A DNA stretch of 64,000 nucleotides from Patescibacteria group bacterium (GTDB taxonomy: Bacteria > Patescibacteriota > Patescibacteriia > JAXHNJ01). Shown here one piece after another: positions 58,665 to 64,000 of this stretch (position 1 is its first letter; the number at the start of each line of letters is the position of its first letter). The notes under the pieces are model-generated. The model worked only from the letters and a program-made list of their open reading frames with translations. It did not search any database and was not told where the DNA came from. Position numbers and translations under genes: made by a program. The stretch covers positions 68,964 through 132,963 of the forward strand of contig JBAZMP010000002.1 of assembly GCA_041649715.1 (NCBI GenBank). Reading direction: 5' to 3'.

Positions 58665-61600
58665 ATGATCCCCGAAGCAAAACCATTTGATTTTAAAGCT
58701 ATTCGTCTTAAACTCGCCTCGCCCGAGGAGATGTTGGCCTGGTCGCATGGGGAAATAACGCGGCCGGAGACGATTAATTATCGGACGCAAAAACCGGAAA
58801 AAGACGGACTTTTTTGCGAAAGGATTTTCGGTCCTTCAAAAGACTGGGAATGTTATTGCGGCAAATATAAAAGAATAAGATATAAAGGCATCGTCTGCGA
58901 TAAATGCGGCGTGGAGGTGACGCGTTCGCTTGTTCGAAGGGAAAGGATGGGTCACATTAAACTTTGCGCCCCGGTGTCGCACATCTGGTTCTTGCGGGGT
59001 GTGCCCTCCAAGATTGGCCTGGTCTTGGGTCTTTCCATCCAGGATTTGGAAAAAGTGATCTATTTCGCCAATTTCATTATTACTAATGTTGATGACAAAT
59101 TAAAACAGGAGACCCTTGAACAAATTAACCGCGAATTTCAGAACAAGAAAAAAGTTATTGAAGACGATTTTAACAACCGGGCTGGCAAGATAAAACAGAA
59201 GAAAGGCGAATTGTGGCTGAAAGCGAAGAACGACGGGGAAAAGAAGGGAGTCGAGGATAAAGTTAATCAAGAGCTTTTCGCCAATGCCGAGGGGAAAGCG
59301 GAAGAACTGCGAAACTTGGATGAGACCGTGGAACTGGCAAAAAAAGAATTAAAGGAATTAAAACCGAAATTAATTATTTCTGAAAATAAATACCAGGACC
59401 TTTCTTTGAAGTACGGCCATGTTTTTGAGGCGGGAATCGGGGCGGAAGCGATCCAAAAACTGCTAAAACAGACCGATTTGGCGGCGCAGATCAAGGAATT
59501 AGACGAAGAACTAGTGGAAGCGCCGGAGAATAAACAAAGAAGGATTATCCGCCGTTTGCGCCTGATGAAAAGTCTGAATAAAAACGGCATTCGGCCAGAA
59601 TGGATGATTTTGACCGTGGTGCCGGTCATCCCCCCGGATTTAAGACCAATGGTTCAGCTGGATGGTGGACGTTTTGCCACCTCAGACCTCAATGATCTTT
59701 ATCGACGGGTTATTAACCGCAATAACCGTTTGAAAAAGCTGGTCGAACTGAACGCGCCGGAGGTCATCTGCCGGAATGAAAAAAGAATGCTTCAAGAAGC
59801 GGTTGACGCCCTGATCGATAACGGGGCCCGCCACGGTAAAACGGTGACCGCTTCGACCGGCCAAAAAAGAATGTTAAAATCGATCGCCGATATGCTGAAA
59901 GGGAAGCAAGGCCGTTTCCGCCAAAATCTTTTGGGCAAACGCGTCGATTATTCCGGCCGTTCGGTCATTGTCATCGGCCCTTACTTAAAACTTCATCAAT
60001 GCGGTTTGCCGAAGAAGATGGCCCTTGAGCTTTTCCGGCCCTTTGTTATCTCTCAATTGATCAAGAGGGAATATGTGCATAATGTCCGTTCAGCTGGCCG
60101 CTATATCGAAACTGGTCGGCCGGAGGTTTGGGATATTTTGGAAGAAGTGACGAAGAATGCCCACGTCCTGCTTAACCGGGCGCCCACCCTGCACCGCTTA
60201 GGCATCCAGGCTTTTCAGCCGATTCTGATTGAGGGCAAAGCCATTCAAATACATCCTCTCGTTTGTCAGGCTTTTAACGCGGATTTTGACGGCGATCAGA
60301 TGGCCGTCCACGTGCCTTTAACCGAACAAGCCAAAAAAGAAGCGGTTGAACTGATGCTTTCCACCAAAAATTTGCTCAAGCCGGCGACGGGTGCGCCCGT
60401 GACGACACCCTCTCAGGATATTGTCTTGGGTTGTTATTATTTGACCCTGATAAAAGAAGCGGACAGAATAAAGATATTTTCCAGTCGTGATGAAGCATTG
60501 CTTGCTTATGAAAATAGTAATATAAAGATACACGATAAAATAAAAGTTCTGATCAAGGGCAAAATAATTGAAACCACCGCCGGACAAATTATCTTTAACT
60601 CCATTATTCCCGCAGCCATGCCTTATGTTTGTAAAACTTTAGATAAAAAATCCCTTTCCCAGATCATTTTCGAATGTTTAAACCTTTTTGGCCAGGAGAG
60701 GACGGTGGTTTTGCTCGATGATATTAAGAGTCTGAGTTTCAAGCACCTGACGCATTCCGGTCTTTCCTGGGGGATGGACGATTTGCCGGTGCCTGGTGAA
60801 AAAGACGGGGCGCTTAAAAAAGCAGAAGCCGAAGTGAGCAAAATCGAAGAACATTTTTCTTCCGGTCTTTTGACCGAAAAGGAAAGACACGCCAAGATTA
60901 TTGAAATTTGGGCCAAAGTTAAAGATGAAGTTCAGGAGATCTGCCGTCGGTCACTGGATAAAAATGGCCCGGTTTATGCCATGATTGAATCCGGTTCACG
61001 CGGGTCATGGGGCCAGATCACCCAGATGATGGGCATGAAGGGTTTAGTGACCAATCCCGCCGGGGAAACCATCGAATTGCCGGTCAAGGGAAGTTTTAAG
61101 GCGGGTTTTGATGTTTTGGAATATTTTATTTCTACTCACGGCGCCCGAAAAGGCCTCTCTGACACGGCTTTGCGCACGGCCAACGCCGGTTATCTCACGC
61201 GTCGCTTGATTGATGTCGCTCAAGAGGTTGTTATTACGGAAAAAGACTGCAAGGATGCGCGGGGCTTAGTCATTACCCGGCAGGAATGTGAGGCGATGGG
61301 CGAAGAGCTGTCTAAGAAAGTCTGGGGGCGGACCACTTTGGAAAAAATCGTTGATCCCAAGACAAAAAAGGTGATTATCGATAAGAATGAACTGATTACC
61401 GAGGAAATAGCGAAAAAATTGCAAAAGATTGGATTGGAGGAAATTCGTATCCGCAGCGCCCTGACCTGTCAGGCGAGACGGGGCCTTTGTCAAAAATGCT
61501 ATGGTTATGATTTGGGCTATAACAAGCTGGTTGAATTCGGGACAGCGGTCGGGATCATCGCCGCGCAGAGCATCGGTGAGCCGGGCACGCAACTGACGAT

Positions 61601-62519
61601 GAGAACTTTTCACACCGGCGGCGTGGCGGGTTTGGATATTACCCAGGGTTTACCGCGGGTGGAGGAAATTTTTGAAGCGAGACCGGTGAAACGGCCGGCC
61701 ATCATTGCCGAAGTGGACGGGATAGCCAAAGTGGAAGAACACAAGGATGTGCGTCTGATTAAAATCCGTTATGACGAACAAAAAGAAGAAATTTTATGGC
61801 AGGGAGCAAAAATAGACAAAGAAAAACTTAAAGTAAAAGATGGGCATAAGGTCAAAGATCAGACCCTGGTTTATCTGGACAAAGAAAAAGAAATACGAGC
61901 GAATCATGAAGGTACAATATTGATTAAGGAAAACAAGATTATTTTAGCTTATCAAAAAAATTCCGAAAGAGAATATGTGGTTCCCGCCGGCTTCTCTATC
62001 TGGGTGAAGGACGGCGATTTGGTCACGAAAGGCAGCCAGCTGACGGAAGGCAGCATTAATCTTTATGAATTATATAAATTAAAGGGGGCGGAAGCGACAC
62101 AAAAATACATAATGAAGGAAATCCAGTATATTTATTCTTCCCAGGGTCAAAAACTGAACGATAAACACGTTGAAGTGATAATCCGGCAGATGTTCTCCCG
62201 GGCCTATATCAAGGACGCGGGCGACACGGAACTTTTGACCGGAGAGATTGTGGAATACAATACGGCCAGAATCATGAATGCGGAAGCGGAGAAAAAAGGC
62301 GGCCGACCCGCGATTTTAGAGTCCTTATTGCTTGGTATTACCAAGGCTTCTTTGACCACTGACAGCTTTCTTTCCGCCGCTTCTTTTCAGGAAACCGCCC
62401 GCGTATTGATCGAAGCGGCCGTCACCGGCAAAGTTGATACCTTGCGCGGCTTGAAAGAAAACGTTATTATCGGAAAATTGATTCCGGCCGGCACGGGCTA
62501 TCGCAAAGATAAAGAATAA
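58665..62519 (+). CDS. rpoC: DNA-directed RNA polymerase subunit beta'
   Basis: 1284 aa with a zinc finger (CYCGKYK...CDKCG) and [12 protein letters not shown]. Confidence 0.97.
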   Translation: MIPEAKPFDFKAIRLKLASPEEMLAWSHGEITRPETINYRTQKPEKDGLFCERIFGPSKDWECYCGKYKRIRYKGIVCDKCGVEVTRSLVRRERMGHIKLCAPVSHIWFLRGVPSKIGLVLGLSIQDLEKVIYFANFIITNVDDKLKQETLEQINREFQNKKKVIEDDFNNRAGKIKQKKGELWLKAKNDGEKKGVEDKVNQELFANAEGKAEELRNLDETVELAKKELKELKPKLIISENKYQDLSLKYGHVFEAGIGAEAIQKLLKQTDLAAQIKELDEELVEAPENKQRRIIRRLRLMKSLNKNGIRPEWMILTVVPVIPPDLRPMVQLDGGRFATSDLNDLYRRVINRNNRLKKLVELNAPEVICRNEKRMLQEAVDALIDNGARHGKTVTASTGQKRMLKSIADMLKGKQGRFRQNLLGKRVDYSGRSVIVIGPYLKLHQCGLPKKMALELFRPFVISQLIKREYVHNVRSAGRYIETGRPEVWDILEEVTKNAHVLLNRAPTLHRLGIQAFQPILIEGKAIQIHPLVCQAFNADFDGDQMAVHVPLTEQAKKEAVELMLSTKNLLKPATGAPVTTPSQDIVLGCYYLTLIKEADRIKIFSSRDEALLAYENSNIKIHDKIKVLIKGKIIETTAGQIIFNSIIPAAMPYVCKTLDKKSLSQIIFECLNLFGQERTVVLLDDIKSLSFKHLTHSGLSWGMDDLPVPGEKDGALKKAEAEVSKIEEHFSSGLLTEKERHAKIIEIWAKVKDEVQEICRRSLDKNGPVYAMIESGSRGSWGQITQMMGMKGLVTNPAGETIELPVKGSFKAGFDVLEYFISTHGARKGLSDTALRTANAGYLTRRLIDVAQEVVITEKDCKDARGLVITRQECEAMGEELSKKVWGRTTLEKIVDPKTKKVIIDKNELITEEIAKKLQKIGLEEIRIRSALTCQARRGLCQKCYGYDLGYNKLVEFGTAVGIIAAQSIGEPGTQLTMRTFHTGGVAGLDITQGLPRVEEIFEARPVKRPAIIAEVDGIAKVEEHKDVRLIKIRYDEQKEEILWQGAKIDKEKLKVKDGHKVKDQTLVYLDKEKEIRANHEGTILIKENKIILAYQKNSEREYVVPAGFSIWVKDGDLVTKGSQLTEGSINLYELYKLKGAEATQKYIMKEIQYIYSSQGQKLNDKHVEVIIRQMFSRAYIKDAGDTELLTGEIVEYNTARIMNAEAEKKGGRPAILESLLLGITKASLTTDSFLSAASFQETARVLIEAAVTGKVDTLRGLKENVIIGKLIPAGTGYRKDKE

Positions 62520-62874
62520 CTTTCACAAAATATATAAGAAAAAAATCCCTAAGATTAGGGATTTTTTAGTCAAATTTTGAGTGGATAAAAAACCGTTGAC
62601 TTATATTTATATTAGTTCTATAGTAGTATATTGGTATATACCTTTTACATATGGTTTAGCGTAAATAAATGGGGTTTTGAACCGTGATCTGTATTTTGTT
62701 TTGGGCGCTTGGGTTGCCGAGAGCAAAGAGCGTAACCGACATTCCAATTTAAATTAGATCACTATTAAAAGCCTCGCTGATGCAGGCTTTGTAGATAGAG
62801 AAAGTCGCTCATTTAAAAAAGACAATACGATTATCGGAAGTTCTACGGTTGCCATCTATTGAAGGGAGAAAACC

Positions 62875-63480
62875 ATGTTTAATTATAGGATGTTGCTAGT
62901 TGCCTTTATGATTTGTCTTTCGGCGGTGCCCAGTTCGGCTGAACCGCATTGGCAGTATGTTCGGGCCGAAGGTCTGAACATGATGATTGCGCCGGCCGAT
63001 GAAATGGGTCGGGTCAGGCGGTTTATTGACAATAACGGTCCCCTGATACAAGGAGGTATAGTTGATAAGGGGGGGTTGCAAATCATTGATAAGATGAGTA
63101 AGACTGCTTGTGCCGGCTGGTGGGCCATTGCGATTTATATTCCGCCAGGGCAGCGGGCTGATTTCAAAAAGGGCGAAGCCAAAATCATCATGGCCGGTGT
63201 CCATAAGCGGGACACGGTAACCGTCGAAAGCGAACAGATTCTTTTTGCCTATGGTTGGGGCCTCCAGGGTCAAGCCTTACCCCTAAATCAGCGCAATCCA
63301 AGAAGTACAAAAGAAACAACGATACAAGTCAGGTGTTCTGAGGATCCCAGTCTTAACGATTTGGAATGGATGATAAAAGATGACGTGCATTATGTCATCG
63401 GTTGGGTGTCGTTTCCGTGGGAAAAGGTCAAGAATCTAAAACCTTATGAATTCAGATTGGGGGGGGTCTCCGTTAATTAA
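62875..63480 (+). CDS. secreted hypothetical protein
   Basis: Signal peptide (MLLVAFMICLSAVPSSA) followed by a 201-aa ORF. It has a roughly 300-nt upstream leader. Confidence 0.55.
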   Translation: MFNYRMLLVAFMICLSAVPSSAEPHWQYVRAEGLNMMIAPADEMGRVRRFIDNNGPLIQGGIVDKGGLQIIDKMSKTACAGWWAIAIYIPPGQRADFKKGEAKIIMAGVHKRDTVTVESEQILFAYGWGLQGQALPLNQRNPRSTKETTIQVRCSEDPSLNDLEWMIKDDVHYVIGWVSFPWEKVKNLKPYEFRLGGVSVN

Positions 63481-63491
63481 GGAGGAGGTGA

Positions 63492-63683
63492 GTGATGAAA
63501 AAGAGGATGCGGCGGATGATCGTCGTTGGCCTGGTAGCAGTCGGGCTACTCGTGGCTACGGCGGCGAGCGCCGAGTACGCTGAGTGCAAGAAGGCACGCG
63601 AAGCGCACTGGCTCTCCTGGGGTCAAAACGTAGCCTGTCTGCACGCGATCATGGCTGATATCATCGGTTTCGGCGGCGATTAG
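63492..63683 (+). CDS. small secreted Cys-containing protein
   Basis: 63 aa with a strong GGAGGAGG Shine-Dalgarno sequence and a signal peptide. Followed by the terminator at 63713-63759. Confidence 0.5.
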   Translation: MMKKRMRRMIVVGLVAVGLLVATAASAEYAECKKAREAHWLSWGQNVACLHAIMADIIGFGGD

Positions 63684-63712
63684 CCGGAACGATGAGATAG
63701 CCTGAAACCAAA

Positions 63713-63759
63713 GGGCGCCTAGCAGTCTTACGGGGACTGACATAGGCGCCCATTTTTTT
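63713..63759 (+). terminator. rho-independent terminator
   Basis: GGGCGCCTAG...CTAGGCGCCC hairpin followed by a run of eight T. Confidence 0.55.
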
Positions 63760-63812
63760 ATCTCCCGAACCTTGTCTTTATCGTTCAAAAATGCTAAAAT
63801 ATAAACACAATT

Positions 63813-64000
63813 ATGGCCAGAAAAAACAAAAAATTCGAGGATAAAAAGGGTGAAAAAGAAAAGGAAAAAACTCCGGTTTTAAAACCTGAGGCCAGGCACG
63901 GCATCTGGGTGGTGGTTTTATTTACCCTGGCTATTTTGAGCTTTCTCTCTCTTTTTGATCTGGCCGGGAGTTTGGGCCGGGTATTAGCCGATATTTTAAA
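63813..64000 (+). CDS. FtsK/SpoIIIE-family DNA translocase, N-terminal fragment (continues beyond the window)
   Basis: MARKNKKFEDKK...GIWVVVLFTLAILSFLSLFDLAGSLGRVLADIL, a typical FtsK N-terminal TM region. Confidence 0.55.
   Translation, partial: MARKNKKFEDKKGEKEKEKTPVLKPEARHGIWVVVLFTLAILSFLSLFDLAGSLGRVLADIL

Overview
This 64-kb window is chromosomal DNA from a small-genome bacterium that uses the standard genetic code (many ORFs end in TGA). Judged by eye, core genes are roughly 42-46% GC and several clusters of hypothetical genes are clearly richer (about 50-60%). The overall look is that of a reduced, CPR/Patescibacteria-like genome. There is a 5S-23S rRNA operon on the minus strand with no 16S in the window, and the 23S carries several ORF-less insertions. 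Many proteins are single-domain, and many are membrane-anchored surface proteins.

Recognisable genes on the plus strand are: polA, an EamA transporter, holA, a PurF-like protein, a sigma-70 factor, ruvA, FemAB, an acyltransferase, a nucleotidyltransferase, a LigD phosphoesterase, CutA, a Mur ligase, rpoB, rpoC and the start of ftsK. On the minus strand they are: a UDG-like glycosylase, an AlkD-like repair enzyme, a methyltransferase, an EndoQ homologue, an SDR, 5S and 23S rRNA, a CheY-like receiver, rpsT, uvrB and malQ. The prs gene lies on the plus strand and has a frameshift. There are three tRNAs: Ser(CGA), Leu(TAG) and Arg(CCG).

Six things stand out. First, the 23S rRNA has ORF-less insertions, and one of them is built from the same 'ccaaattcc' low-complexity hairpin repeat that recurs in intergenic DNA. 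Second, a family of 8-bp-periodic tandem repeat arrays is scattered through intergenic regions. Third, the EamA transporter gene is bracketed by about 36-bp imperfect direct repeats derived from the 3' end of polA, followed by a ~130-nt cruciform. Fourth, there are GC-rich islets of small hypothetical proteins that may represent undescribed modules: a zinc-ribbon trio at 27.9-28.8 kb, a four-gene operon of small basic proteins at 12.4-13.4 kb, and a seven-gene minus-strand block at 17.3-21.8 kb. Fifth, the PurF-like protein has a Ser in place of the catalytic N-terminal Cys. Sixth, two DNA-repair neighbourhoods contain unusual stand-alone domains.

No CRISPR array, reverse transcriptase, integrase or transposase was recognised.
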